IMG/VR virus record: IMGVR_UViG_3300035661_000001
Location: 387,957 to 451,956 of that record
Length of the DNA: 64,000 bases
Reading direction: 5' to 3' (one strand)
Below the pieces are notes generated by a model. The model was not told the DNA's origin. It made no database searches and was given only the letters and a program-made list of their open reading frames with translations. Every line of letters starts with the position of its first letter. Position 1 is the stretch's first letter. Below are positions 41,674-54,301 of this stretch, piece after piece. Position numbers and translations under genes: made by a program.

Positions 41674-42048
41674 ATGAGGATCAAGCTCGCGACTTCCTTG
41701 TTCCCATCGGAGGATAAGATGTTCGGTACTCAAGAGACAACGCAAAAGTTTCAGAAGCTCGGCTTCTCTCTTCCCAAGCGGAGAGGCGGTGGTAACCCAG
41801 ACTTCGGACCCATCCTGGCGTTCATCGAGCGTAGGATTGCCGGGGTGATGGAGTTCTATACCAACTGCCGTTCCGAGGCGGTGTTCTCTCGTGAGCTTCG
41901 GGAAACGATCAACCGAGAACTTGCACCCATCATCCCCGACACCGAGAAGACATTCAACCTGGAGCCGATGAACTTGGTTCTCATGGTTCGGACTACCAAG
42001 GACCCTGGTGTTCTTTTGGTCCGCGCGGAAAACCCCAATCTTTGCTGA
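41674..42048 (+). CDS. hypothetical protein
   Basis: 124 aa ORF (true start possibly the MFGT ATG). Confidence 0.55.
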   Translation: MRIKLATSLFPSEDKMFGTQETTQKFQKLGFSLPKRRGGGNPDFGPILAFIERRIAGVMEFYTNCRSEAVFSRELRETINRELAPIIPDTEKTFNLEPMNLVLMVRTTKDPGVLLVRAENPNLC

Positions 42049-44757
42049 TAGCATCGAGGTGCCACGTGGGCATTCCCATCTTCATCGGATTCTCTGAAGC
42101 GAACGTCGCTTTCTTTAACCTTCATTCCAAAAAGGTTGGCGACGACTTCTCGGTCGATGCAAACTTCTGCGGCGATCCTTCTGATCCCATCAACAAGAAA
42201 AGGTGTTTCAGTGGCGAAGAAGACGACGAACGGAATCATCAGTGCCGCAACCGCGACGTGCGCCGCTCGCCGCGCGCTTGTCGGCGTTGCTCACCAAGCT
42301 GAACGTCCAGATCAGGGACGGAAGCCGGTCTTTCTACGCGGGAGTCCGGGAGAAGGATATTCCCGACGGGATGTTCCCCTTCGGCGCGCGCGCGTTCCAG
42401 AAGAAAGATCTGGGCTGGAAAGTGAAAGTCGGCGAGCGCGATGGTTCGATCAAGGTCCGTCTCCCTGGCGAGCCGGGAGACCCATCTGATGGAAAAGCAA
42501 GTCAATGCCGGGGGAGAGCAGCTCTTCGCTCTCGCCCTGAAGATCCCATCGGGACTCTCCGAAGCGGAAGTCACGAGGCGAGTTCATTCGATGCTGTTCG
42601 GTCTCAGCGCGGCGGCGAAGACCGCCGGAGTCGAGGTCGTCAAGGGTCCGGTTCTGGAGCGGTTCATTTCTGCTCATCTGACCGGCAAGTGAAACAAGAA
42701 AGTCGAGGAGGTCCCATCGTGCAGAAAAGTTCTTCGTGGTTCATGGTTGCCGCGGTTCTCGCGGCGGTGTCTTCGCTGGGCTGCGCCGATCGTGGCAAGC
42801 CTCCCGAGGTTCCCAAGACGTTGACCAGCACCATCCCATCCGTGACGCCGGCGGACCCGAACGTGTCGCGCTGGTGTTTCTCCACCGCCGAGACCATGAC
42901 GTGCGTGCAGCGCACCACGCTCCCGAGCGGCGTCAAGAAGGTGGAGATGATCTACATTCCCATCCTTCCTTCGGCGCGGTAAATCTATGTCGAAGACCAC
43001 TATCAAGACCAGCGAGCTTCAAGGGGCGTTCGATCGATACCGCCGGCTCCCCCTTGCTGGTGATCTGGAGCCAAACCTGGACTTTCAGTGGTGGCAAGAG
43101 GGAGTCGCCAATCTCGCCGAGGTGACTCCCATCATCGCCAAGCAGTACCGAGAGGACCGGACTGCTTGCATCATGCACGGTCCGTGCTCAATTCCCGGGC
43201 GGTGATCTCGACGCGATCCGCCGCTTCTGTGAATGGTGTCTTTTTGGTGGTGTGGGCAACATGGTTCTCGCAACGCATCAGGATGCGCCATGACCCATCC
43301 CGTGACCGGGCTTGACCTTCACGAAGGGGACGCCGAGACTGACCTCGCCGCGTGGATCAAGTATGATCATCGACGTGGCGAATATGAGGGGGACAAGTAC
43401 CGTTATGATTCTTGCCGGACAACGGCGGGAGCGGATCATCATCGCCCTCTCGTGCTCAAAACACGCAAAGCATACGCGGCTGCCCATCAGGCTTTAACCA
43501 CGTTAGGTTATGAGCCTTCCGGTTACGAACCGGAACCTGAGACCTACTTCAACAAGTGAGCCAATCATGATGAACTTCTGCAAAGGTCTAGTCGAGTGGA
43601 TCAAGGACGATCCTCCCCGCTCGCTTGCCTTGATCGGCGTGGGAGCAATGGTCACCTTGATCGTTCTCTGGATGATTAGGTGAATCGTGAAGCTCAAAGA
43701 GCTGCGAATTTTTCTCGACACCCATCTTGCCGATGGTACGCTCACTGACGAGATGGAAATCAAAAGCCGTACCGGCGGATATGAGGCGCAGCATCTTGCA
43801 CACGTTTCAATCGAGCGCGATCATAACGGGATCGAATACCTCGAAAAAGAGGTCCTGAACTTCAGTGCCGATCCGTGAGACTCATTCAGGAGAATCGATC
43901 ATGAGCTACGACACAATCATCCTTCTTTTCATCGTGTTCTTTGCTGGGATCGGATTCCTGATTGCCCATCTTACCGGCATGATGATCGGTGGCTTGATTG
44001 CCTTCTTGATCATTCAGTTTCTGAGGTATCTCGCTCTTTCGTTCTGAGGACGATTGTACAGCGACGTACAACATCCAACCCATCGGATCTCCATGATGAT
44101 GAGTCTCATGTTACAAAACGAAGATATGAAATACTCGCTTCCGACCCGCTGGGAGATGTACGGCATCTTTCGTGGTAAGAGCGAGTATGGTCGTCGTTCC
44201 AGGTATCAGGCTCGCATGAATCGGAACGATGCTTATCTTGCCGCCAAGGGCAAGAGCAAACCCATCAAACATGGGGAACGATCGTGAGAGAGACTGACGA
44301 CGAATGGTATACGCGGATACGAACCACCCCGGTCGAATCGTATTACGAAGTCAATCCGTTGGTGAGTGATCTCGCGGAGATCGCCCGCCGCTGTGCGACC
44401 GACCCATCGCTGCGCGCTATCAAGGATCAAGATGCAACGATGGTGCCTTGTACCTGCGATGAGTGCGAAGGCACCAGTTTCGTCTGACCCATCCAAGGAG
44501 AAGTATGCTGAACGATAACAAAGTGTTGAAAGGTTTGAGCAACGTCCTCACAGGCATTGCTTTCATTCCGCCCTTCGTGCTCAGTTTTCCCATCGGAGCG
44601 GTGGCGGATAAGCTGGAGCGCCGGTTTGGAGCGGACGCCGCGATCTATTTCCTGGGCGCCTGCTGGCTTCCCATCGGCTTCACTGCTTTCGTGGCAGCGA
44701 CCGTGATCGACCAGATCGCCCCGCCTGACAGCGTGCGGCTCTGAACAAAAACTAGAC

Positions 44758-44802
44758 GGGAGCGAGGGGCGCCGGCATGCCCCTCGCTCCCTTTTTCTTT
44801 TC
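44758..44802 (+). terminator. intrinsic terminator
   Basis: GGGAGCGAGGGGC...GCCCCTCGCTCCC + TTTTT. Confidence 0.85.
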
Positions 44803-44812
44803 TTATTTTGAG

Positions 44813-44847
44813 TGGCATGGTCTTTGCACTCTGCGAAGTTCGTGCCA
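44813..44847. promoter_or_regulatory. head-to-head sigma-54 palindrome
   Basis: TGGCATGGTCTTTGCA-ctc-TGCGAAGTTCGTGCCA. Confidence 0.8.
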
Positions 44848-46063
44848 ACAACAATCCCATCCGTTAAGAGCGGCGGGAAAGAAAGCCAAACGATGACGCA
44901 ACGGTGACGACGGGGAAGCGTTGCGCTTCCCATCCACACGTCTAGTGTTTCTAGATGCAAGAGGAGCAACCAACAATGACCATGACTGCGATCTCGCACC
45001 GCGACGAAAACGGCAACTACGTTCCGCAGAACACCGACGCCGAAGACCTCGCGTCGATTCCCATCGACAACAGCGCTCTGCTGGACACCATGATGCTGGC
45101 GCTGACTCTCGGCGCTTACGTCCTCGGCTGCATCCTCTACGTTGTCGCTGGCTGATTCTACCGCGGTAACCGACAACCCATCGTCACAGATCATTCACAC
45201 CAAAGGGAGACCTGGAATCATATGAGCACGAATCACTTCCCCGTCACTTGCGTCAGTGTCACTCCGGGACGCATCGTCGTCAACCTGCTGGACGAGAAGG
45301 ACGGCAAGGCACTCTACTGCTTCTGCCACCCGCGCGAGGCGGACGAGCTGAGCATCTACAACCGACCCATCGCCGAGTTCCGCGAGATGTACAAGCCGGC
45401 GGGGCGCTGAAGAGGAACGAAGGTGTTGAGCCTTCATAAGTTCTACTTCGACGCCCGAGCCCGTACCCATCGCGAGCGGTACGGGCAGGCGATGTTCAAC
45501 CATCTCTTCGAGGTCCGTCGGGATCTCGCGAATGAGATTCGTGGAACGGACAATGATCCGTTCTATGTCGAAAAGCTCTCCCATCCCAATTGGGATCTCT
45601 TCGTGGAGTAGTTCGAGACGAACTGGAGAGTTCCTCCGCCGGTCATCGTCGATATCGAGGCGCTTGCTGCGTTCACTGAACGACGACTCGACAGTGACGT
45701 CGCGGCGGAATAAAAGTTAGTGTAAAAAGACGGGATACGAAACCTAAATCCCATCTGTTGCTCCTCAGATCCGATGATGTAGTTCTCGAAAGAGAATCAT
45801 CGGAGTCGCCAGCCCAGGCGTCAGGTTCAGAAATATGGGGACTACCTTTTGAATTAGATGTTATGAATCCCAAACTTGACATTTGATTATTTTTTTTGAT
45901 ACGGCGGAAAGGATAGTGCCCTGCGTTGGTGCGTCCGCCGTGTTTCTTTTCACCCATCCACCAAGCAACGTCAACCAGATACATCGAAGGGTTACCTAAA
46001 GATGAAGTTCCGTAAGACCAATGGTTCCGTGGTTCTGACCCGTGCCGCCGCCATCGCCGTCCT

Positions 46064-46633
46064 TTGCATCCTCGTCGCGGCGGGATTGGCTCACGGTTCT
46101 GGAGCGCCGAGCACGAGAACTACCACGTTCGCCGCGCCTGCTGGGTCGCGGACAACATGCCCATCCCCGAGACCACGCCCGAGCGCGTCGCGCTGTTCAA
46201 GGGTCTGATGCCCAACCACTTCAAGCGGATCGCCCATCACATGCGCGACGACCTCGCCAAGCAGGCGAAGAACGCCGGGCTCATCGAGCAGGCGGAGAAG
46301 CACAACGCCAAGGCGACGGTCCTCCGCGCGGCGGAGCCCGAGAAGTTCGACGCGCTCCTCGCCTGGCTCCCCATCAACAAGCGCGAGCTGCGCAAGCTCG
46401 GCGAGAACCCGGACAGTTCCCAGGCGGATTACAACGCTCTGTCGACGCTGTGTGATCAGATCGACGACTGGCTCCGCGAGCGGTGCCAGGTTCCGGTGCC
46501 CGAGAAGTTCAAGCCCATCGCCTCCGACGACTTCGATGCGTGGAAGAGCGTGGTCGGCGAGTCAATCTACGCCCATCTCTTCGTCTCGGATCCGGCGTTC
46601 ATCGACGCCATCGCTGCCACCCCGGCGGTCTGA
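46064..46633 (+). CDS. hypothetical protein (start uncertain; possible frameshift from ATG 46002)
   Basis: Strong GC3 bias from about 46100 in this frame. Confidence 0.65.
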   Translation: MHPRRGGIGSRFWSAEHENYHVRRACWVADNMPIPETTPERVALFKGLMPNHFKRIAHHMRDDLAKQAKNAGLIEQAEKHNAKATVLRAAEPEKFDALLAWLPINKRELRKLGENPDSSQADYNALSTLCDQIDDWLRERCQVPVPEKFKPIASDDFDAWKSVVGESIYAHLFVSDPAFIDAIAATPAV

Positions 46634-46685
46634 TCGCTTCGCTGATCCCATCAACTTCAACTCACATCCCAAGGAGAGATACAGC

Positions 46686-46904
46686 ATGCACATCAAGGTG
46701 ACCTCGAATGGCGGCGTTTACGGACGCTTCAGCTACAACCCGAACGTGGAGAGCGGTCCGGGTTCCGAACAGGAAGCCCGCACCAGCGCGGCGAAGGTGA
46801 TCGACATGCACAAGTCCCACAAGGGTGACAAGACGGCGACCAGCCCATCGTCCAGCGCGAGCTACGAGATCGTCAACGACGACGGCAAGTACCCGCTCGG
46901 CTGA
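46686..46904 (+). CDS. hypothetical protein
   Basis: AGGAG RBS, 72 aa. Confidence 0.7.
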   Translation: MHIKVTSNGGVYGRFSYNPNVESGPGSEQEARTSAAKVIDMHKSHKGDKTATSPSSSASYEIVNDDGKYPLG

Positions 46905-46919
46905 AGCATCATGCTTGAC

Positions 46920-46964
<45 letters not shown>

Positions 46965-47312
46965 TCGTCGGCGCGCAGGTGGCAATCGATGCCGCTTGTG
47001 CGCAGCTCGGACCCGAGCTTACCCCTGGTGAGCTGATATGTGGGATCATCGCTTTGTCGGCGACCCATCCACTGTTCAGAACGATCGATGTTGCCATCCT
47101 GCGACAGCAGTTGCAGGAACAACTTGATCTGCTAGCGGTTCAGCTCAACTGACCCATCGGCTGAGATAGCTTTTCTCATGTAGAGTACATACCAACCTAT
47201 ACCTGCAAACGGAATGGGAAGGTTGGTTCAGCGGGTTAACGGCGAGTCGCCGGAGCCATCCAACAACAAGAACTACGATGACTCGGGGAAACCCGGAAAG
47301 AAGGATGAATCA

Positions 47313-47825
47313 ATGAGCACGATGAAGTACGACGGGATTGTGATCACGAAGAATGCGGACGGCGGCGTGGACCGCGATGCGCTCTACCTGGAATGGCTCG
47401 ACAAGGACGCCCGGGAGCAGGGTGATCGCTTCACCGCCTGGGAGAAGAACTTCCAGGAGACCATGGTGATCAAGGGGAAGTGGTTTCCAATCGTTCACGA
47501 GGCGCTGATCGGATTCCTCAAGAACCCGGCGCAGCAGCAGTCGTGGCTGCCCCTCACCCTGGTGACGGACATGATCTACGGCTCGCTTCTCCAGTCCGGC
47601 AAGATCGCGCTCGACCGTTCGGCGAGCGGCGTGAAGGACATCATCGGCGAGTACATTGAGAGCCAGTGCGGCGACGCCAAGGAAAACCCCGAGGCGCTGC
47701 TCTTCGCCGAGTCGTCGAAGCGCGGGAAGGGTACGCGGATCACCTTCCGCCTCAACCCGAAGTACCGCGAGGCGCTCAACGCGCCGCCCCCGGCGGCTGC
47801 GCCGGAGGTTCCCGCCGACGCCTGA
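47313..47825 (+). CDS. hypothetical protein
   Basis: 170 aa, AAGGA RBS, strong GC3 bias. Confidence 0.8.
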   Translation: MSTMKYDGIVITKNADGGVDRDALYLEWLDKDAREQGDRFTAWEKNFQETMVIKGKWFPIVHEALIGFLKNPAQQQSWLPLTLVTDMIYGSLLQSGKIALDRSASGVKDIIGEYIESQCGDAKENPEALLFAESSKRGKGTRITFRLNPKYREALNAPPPAAAPEVPADA

Positions 47826-49430
47826 TCGAACTGAACGACCCGAGGGTTCCTTGGCAGCGATGCCGGGGAGCCCTATGGGCGTTTGAAAAGAGGCGGAAAA
47901 GTATCCGCCCATCTGTGTGAGGGCATCATCATGAACAAGTTCCAGAGCTTCAAGTTCCAGGCACGCCTCAAGCTGACCGCCGAGAACCTCGGTTTCCTCG
48001 CGATGACCTCGACGCTCGTCGTCGTTGCGGTGACGCCCGTGGTCATGTTCGTGCGTCACTTCGTCTAGCCCATCGTGAGTTTCAACGATGGTTGCGGGCA
48101 ACATCGTCCCGCCAAACGAACACCCGCACCGGCTTCTGAAAAGGTCCCATCAATGAGTTCAAGCACCGATCATCACGATCCCTATGTCCTGTACGTGCGT
48201 GCGTATCGGCAACACCCCGAGCGCTGGTATGGCAGCGAGCCGCCGTGTGCGAAGGGACAGCTTGCGATTGCGCTTGGTAGGGAAGACGTCAAGCTCATGG
48301 GCACAGATCTCAAGACTCGTGCGGCGTTCGTGCTGGAGATGGATCGGTACAACGCCGAACCCATCGATCGTTTCTCTTCGCGTGTTTCGCCGCGCACCTG
48401 TTCGTGCGCGAGTGATCAGGAGTCGGCGTAACGACTTCAGTCTCGCACGGGGCGAGTAACCCATCTTTGGGGTGCAACTAGATGACATGAGAACCTCGCA
48501 TCTTTGACCGCAGAGATTTGTCAGCGTGCTGATAGATTAAACCGGGCAGACGAATCTCATCCCATCCCGACGCACCCCCAGCCGTGAGTGGCGGTAACCC
48601 ACTCTTCCTAAAAAAAAGGTACACGCAATAGAAGGTATTAAATATCTTCTTCGCCAACATGTATATGTCAAAGGTGAAATGCCTTGGCTGAGGCGAGCGG
48701 CGTGGACCCATCCGGGCGGTCACACATGTGCGTGATTGGCATAGGTTTTGAATGACGGAGAGACCCTCCGTCATAGCCTATGAGCGAACGTGATGCTGAT
48801 CATGGTGTAATTGTTTGTGCCCATCATAGATAATAGGGCAGAAAAAGAAGAGCGTTACATGGCACGAGCACCCCCGTAGATTAATAATCTAAAATCCTTA
48901 AAAAGGAGCCGGGCGGCGTCACCGCCCGCGTCTCCATACGCGTAGTATTTTTTACTACGCGCGCACTCACCCAGCGGGCATCGAGCTTGCTATAAGGTGT
49001 ATTTTGTGTCAAAATGCAGATTCCCATCTGTAAGTGTGAATGTTCAAGTGGAAATTAGATTGGTTGTTTGAATCAGCCGAGGGGACAACGTTGATTATCC
49101 CCGCACCCAATCGCGCTTATAAAGATCTTTGTCGGTAGGGATGCCGAGCCAACCAATATATGGACTTGGGTAAAAGTCATCGTAGGTCACCGCTAATCAC
49201 GGCACCTTGTGTCGCCTCGGTTGATTCAAGTTACCCATCCGTGTATGAGCGTATTAGTTGGGACAGCCAAGGAATACTACGCCAGGCAGGCGTACAGATT
49301 AATTATCTGGGCTGACGAGCTTGGGATTCGATTCCCCCACTGTTTCGTGACTGTCTCAACTACTGCACTCATTCCCATCCGTGTGGATTTGTATGATCCA
49401 TTAATCGCGTAAACGTGTGTCTGGAGGAAT

Positions 49431-49799
49431 ATGTTTCAAGTAATCCACCATACCTCTGCCGTGATTGCGGTAGAGCTGCGCGAAGCGATTGCAAAGCATC
49501 TTGCCGTGCCACTGCATTGTTTGCAGTCGGCGATCGACTGGTCCAATTCCACGCCTGATAATCATGCCTATGCGATCTTCTTCGATCGTGTGGAATGTTC
49601 TCAGAGCTACGCCGCGCAGATGGCACAGCCTCCCGGCGATGAAACTATTCAGTTACCGCAGGAACCTCCAACACCATTCGTGTTAAACCTATTCATCCGT
49701 GCGTTCGAGCATGGATACAAGATGCTGGGCAAAGCCCCATCGATCGAGATGATCGATATGTTCTTCGACGGCTACAATGCTGGTCGTAAAGATACGTAG
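49431..49799 (+). CDS. hypothetical protein
   Basis: GGAGG RBS, 122 aa. Confidence 0.65.
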   Translation: MFQVIHHTSAVIAVELREAIAKHLAVPLHCLQSAIDWSNSTPDNHAYAIFFDRVECSQSYAAQMAQPPGDETIQLPQEPPTPFVLNLFIRAFEHGYKMLGKAPSIEMIDMFFDGYNAGRKDT

Positions 49800-50277
49800 G
49801 TACGTGGGGAGAGATATGAGCCAATTTTCTTTGTGGACACCCGACGGGCATGAGGTGCGTGTCGGTACGCATTGGCGTCATTCTTCCTGGGATCTAGCCA
49901 CGCCTTCCGCTGTAGTCGGAGAGATTCTTTTCGAGCAGCAATATATTCGATGGCACCGGCGTGGCGGATCGCAATTGGCTAGAATAGCCGTGCGTCAGTT
50001 ACGTGAGGGGCTTGGATGGATACGTTCACTCGCGCCCGGTTTACTCCCGACGCATAAGAGTTTGATATGCAATTTCTGATGACGATTCGGATCGACGACT
50101 CTCTCCCCATCGAGGAGCAACGTCTACGTGCGCAAGCGGTTGTCGCTGCTTGCGATCAGATCTCAGAGGTTGAGGTGGATATGAATCCCTCACCTTATGT
50201 CAATCCTTTTTACTACGTCAATACCCTCTATGGCTTTGCTACTGGAGGAGAAGGAAATCCTCCAGACATAGGCGAGG

Positions 50278-50676
50278 ATGGATGTTCGGAAGCGTTGGGT
50301 TAACGCTGATTCAAAACGAAAGGGCGATGACGTGTCAAGTGTAAGACCGCGCATGAGAAAATTGCTTCGGAAGACTTCCGGCAAATGTCACCTGTGTGGT
50401 CGTCATATGATCAAACGCAAGCCCGCGTGTTCCGATGCGGTATGGCGTTTGATCGAACCTTCACAAGACCACGTGATCCCTCGTTCGCAAGGTGGCAAGA
50501 CTACCTTGGATAATCTCATGCCCGCTCATTCTCTGTGCAACTCGCAGCGTGGCGAAAAGCCCCTCGTGTATGCACGCATGCAGAGAATGTTTTTGGAGGC
50601 GTACTCCCTCGCCAAAGAATGGGAAGAGAAATCTTTGCCGGTGAAATTGTTGTATCCGGAACACGTTATTTTGTGA
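50278..50676 (+). CDS. HNH endonuclease
   Basis: CHLC...DHVIPRSQGG...NL..AH..CN. Confidence 0.85.
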   Translation: MDVRKRWVNADSKRKGDDVSSVRPRMRKLLRKTSGKCHLCGRHMIKRKPACSDAVWRLIEPSQDHVIPRSQGGKTTLDNLMPAHSLCNSQRGEKPLVYARMQRMFLEAYSLAKEWEEKSLPVKLLYPEHVIL

Positions 50677-51179
50677 GCATCGATAATACAACATACAACG
50701 ATCATCCTAACACATTGATTATCAATTTTTGTGTGGATGCAGGCGTACCATCACGATTGGTGGTGAACATTGATATTCGAGAGAAAGAGGTGATAATTTC
50801 TTTTCCTCTTTCACTTTTCGTTTACTACGATAGGATAACTAGTGCTACTGGACGAGCACTGGGCTATTGGATTGACCCTATTGTAGCAGGGTGCTCGCAC
50901 CCCGACGATGATCCCATCAACTGGAGAGAGAATAACATGAGGTGTATGGGTTGCAACTCGACTGGCAACGGTCGATGTCACGTACTCGCAAGCATACGTG
51001 GACCCATTCTTGAATGAGGTTTTGGGCACGAGCATGATAGGAAGGGTATCTGGAAAAGGTAAACTGAAGTAAGCGGTTACCATTACGCCGATCTGTCAGA
51101 ACTCAGCAAGATCCCATATATCTAATGTTTGCGGGAGGATTAAGGGACGCCTCCAATTGAATGGCTGGTTCGAGATTGG

Positions 51180-51505
51180 ATTCGTTGGTTCTGTAAATAT
51201 GCTCCTATGCGAGAGTGTCTGCCAAATGCTCTAGCGAAACGTGGCTCAGATGATATCTTAGTGGGCGCAGAGCGTCTGTTAAGGGTGGTCGGCAGAAGAG
51301 CGCATATACAGATACAAACGAGCAGACGTCAACCTAAACTTGATGATGACTAGATAACTGTAAAAAGTTTACTAGTAGTGGCTCTGGGGGTAGCGATATA
51401 CCACCCATCGAGAAGTTATTGACGGATGAAACGTGATGATTTTAATCTCTAAAAGAGATAGGTTGCGAGGGCTGAGTGAGCCGAGGTACTCTCGCGCACC
51501 TAACG
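51180..51505 (+). ncRNA. candidate structured non-coding RNA
   Basis: ORF-free about 570-nt gap with nested complementary segments (TCTGTA/TACAGA, ATATGCTC/GAGCGCATAT, TCTGCC/GGCAGA, GCTCT/AGAGC) and TAGGTTGCGAG/CTCGCGCACCTA. Confidence 0.45.
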
Positions 51506-52034
51506 GAATAAATCAATGCAGTTGACAACTGTCAAAGATATTATTCCAATCCAGATATCTTTCCTATTGTGCTCGTGCTTTAACCCATCTCAGGAATGAA
51601 TATGAGTTCCATCAAGAACGTCAACAAACGAACGGCTGCCGACAAAGAAGAGCAACGGCTCGACGGTGGTGAGAAGATGAAGAAGCACGGTACTGCCAAG
51701 GAGCGCCTGCGTACGCGTAACCGCAAGCGTGCGCAGCGTAAGCGAGCAGAGACAATCCAAGAGTAGAGGTAATTGAAATGCAGCCGATTCGTATCTACGT
51801 GAATGGTGACTTGATGACATACAAGCCTGGCACTCACCAAGGTGGTGATTGGCTTGCTCCCATCCGTCATGGCTACGATCCTTTTGCTGCGCTGGAGCTT
51901 CGCTCTTATATGAATCTTTTGTTGGAGTGGGGTTTCTTTTTCACCGGAGAGGTTGATCGAGACGGAGCCCTGGTTCGAGAATGCGTTGGTGCTTGGAACC
52001 AGCGTAAAAAATCCCATCAACGAAAGTTCGACAA

Positions 52035-52424
52035 ATGAACAAGATCATCGATAAAAACAAGCTCCCTCGTAACCTTGGCGCATTGCTGGATGCAATGATC
52101 GATGTGCTGTCCAAGAACGGCATGAACAAAGAGATGCTGGAAGTCCTTATGGATCCATCGGCAGACAAGATCAATGACATTGCCGTACGTGATGGTTCAC
52201 CCGCACGTGCGAACAATAATCTGATGTTAGGGCTTGCCTTCTTCTCGGATGCTTATCGTTCTTATGACGTAAACCGTTTCCTCGCAGCGATGAGCAAGAA
52301 AGATGTTGCGGACATCAGTTGTTACAATCGCGACGCTTATCGCGCGGCGGAATGTTTCCGACGTCTTGGTGCGGAATGCAATCTCCGAGACGAACGTGGA
52401 GAGATTGTCAATATGACTCGTTGA
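52035..52424 (+). CDS. hypothetical protein
   Basis: 129 aa ORF, ATGA overlap. Confidence 0.65.
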   Translation: MNKIIDKNKLPRNLGALLDAMIDVLSKNGMNKEMLEVLMDPSADKINDIAVRDGSPARANNNLMLGLAFFSDAYRSYDVNRFLAAMSKKDVADISCYNRDAYRAAECFRRLGAECNLRDERGEIVNMTR

Positions 52425-52909
52425 CCCATCGGAGAAGATATGTTGTGTCGTGTGTCTGGAAAATTCTTCGACGAAGATTTCACGGGTCGAATAGCTTTCA
52501 AAGAATTTGGCTATCAAAGATCGGTCGTATTTGATACCCAGGTCAAAACTTGGGCAGGATACGTTTCGAGTCGGAGTAGTCTTTCTCTTGTTCGTGGAGT
52601 TGAATCGGATGGAACTCTTGACGGTTTATCGTTCCACAAACGACAAACGATCTTCATCGGCGATTTTTGTTTGGGTTGGGTGGTGGACTGTGGTGATTCT
52701 GTTTTCAAAGCAGAACCCATCAACCATGGTCGCCTTAATCCAACAGGTGCAGACGGTAAGATGACCGAGCCATTCAGCATGTGGACCGATGCTTACAAGT
52801 TCTTCCACCATTCGGTGCCTGAGTCATGTCGCGCCCATCTACGAGTAGCTGATCAAATAATCGAGCACACACTGTTTTCTGAATACTTAAAGAGATAGAA
52901 AGATACCGT

Positions 52910-53263
52910 ATGAGCCAAGTCGAGGAATCCTGGTGGGATAGACATCATCGGCTCTATGGTTACAAGCAAAGCACCTGGTGGGCTCAGATGCCCATCGAAG
53001 AGCGCATCACAATGGTGGCTGATGTCATTGAAGGTGGTGCCATTCCGGTCTTCTGTTCCTGGGGTGGTAACGCTTTGTGGGGACGTGGTGCTACCCATCA
53101 AGATGTGGCTGACTGTGTTGTTGCACTCTTGGATCGAAACGATACGAAAGTAGTCGAATGGTTTGATTGGCTGCAATCGTTCCGTGGCGACGGAGAAGAC
53201 AATCAAAGAATGGTTCGTGAACGTGGTCCACGCGCCTGGTTGATGTCTTTGGATTCTATTTAA
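52910..53263 (+). CDS. hypothetical Trp-rich protein
   Basis: 117 aa ORF. Confidence 0.6.
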   Translation: MSQVEESWWDRHHRLYGYKQSTWWAQMPIEERITMVADVIEGGAIPVFCSWGGNALWGRGATHQDVADCVVALLDRNDTKVVEWFDWLQSFRGDGEDNQRMVRERGPRAWLMSLDSI

Positions 53264-54301
53264 CCAAACGAGGTTTATGAGGCGAGCTTCTCCAGATGAA
53301 TTGAATCAGTGGGTGGAACAACGTTGCCAAAGCAGGAGGCTGTGGCATGGAGCGGTTCCCATCGGCTGTGCTTTGATCCTGGTGTTGTGCCGTTTGGCTG
53401 GATAGGAGTTCCTCTATGGGAAGCCGTATCATGAGTTTCGTTGCCGGTGTCTTTTGGATAACGGTAGGAATTGGTACGATCCTGTTGACCGGCGCAGCTA
53501 AGCATGGCTTGGTAGCGTTGTGTAAATAACCTTCGGAGGATGCAAGATGAGACGAAGAGATTTGATGTTGTCCAAACGATTGGCTGGTCAGTTTCTCCAG
53601 GCGATGTTTCCGACTGGTGGATATCATCCACCGGAAGAATTGGTCAGCAGGGCGTTTGCTTGCGCTGATGCTTTCATCGCCGAGAGTAACCTTCGCGGCA
53701 TTGGGACCGGCATCGATTACAAACCGCGCAAGAAGCGGAAGCCCAAGCAGAACAGTCAGTAATCTCCGCCCGCCCGTGGTCCCATCGTGGATTGCCGGCG
53801 GGCATAAACTATTGCAACGACAACCTCGTTGAGGTGGTGACCTGTTCTTAATTGAACAGGCTTTATTAGGTAAAGCCTTTGGTGTCAGATTACGGACCCA
53901 TCGCAAGATCGCTCCGTCAATAAATGTACCATGATCGATAGCCCTTCTGTCGAGCCGTTGCCTACACACCTAGTTTTTTTCAAACAGATTGAGCGTGGAG
54001 AATGAAGCGGCATGAAAGAAGATCTGCTTCTTGCTTTCAAAAGATTTTTGAGGCGTGTACGTAGTTGTTTTCCTAGAGCCTCTCTGAAGAAGAAACCCGT
54101 CAGACATTTCGTCGAGCCTCTCATTGGCGAGACCTGGGGTGAATACGAAGACTATTGCTTTGCAGTTAGAGGCAAGAGCAAATATGATTGGGCGCCGAGC
54201 AACTACGTATTCAATGGTGCCGCGTTTTTCCGAAAGAGACGCTAACACAAACAGACGTGAATACACGGGAGAGAGATACTCCCGTGCATTCGTAGTTACA
54301 C

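Noticed and set aside
53790-53806. Additional sigma-54 boxes (GGCATAAACTATTGCA; also TGGCATAGGTTTTGAA near 48737)
   Set aside because: Wrong GG-to-GC spacing or missing -12 GC, and no inverted partner.
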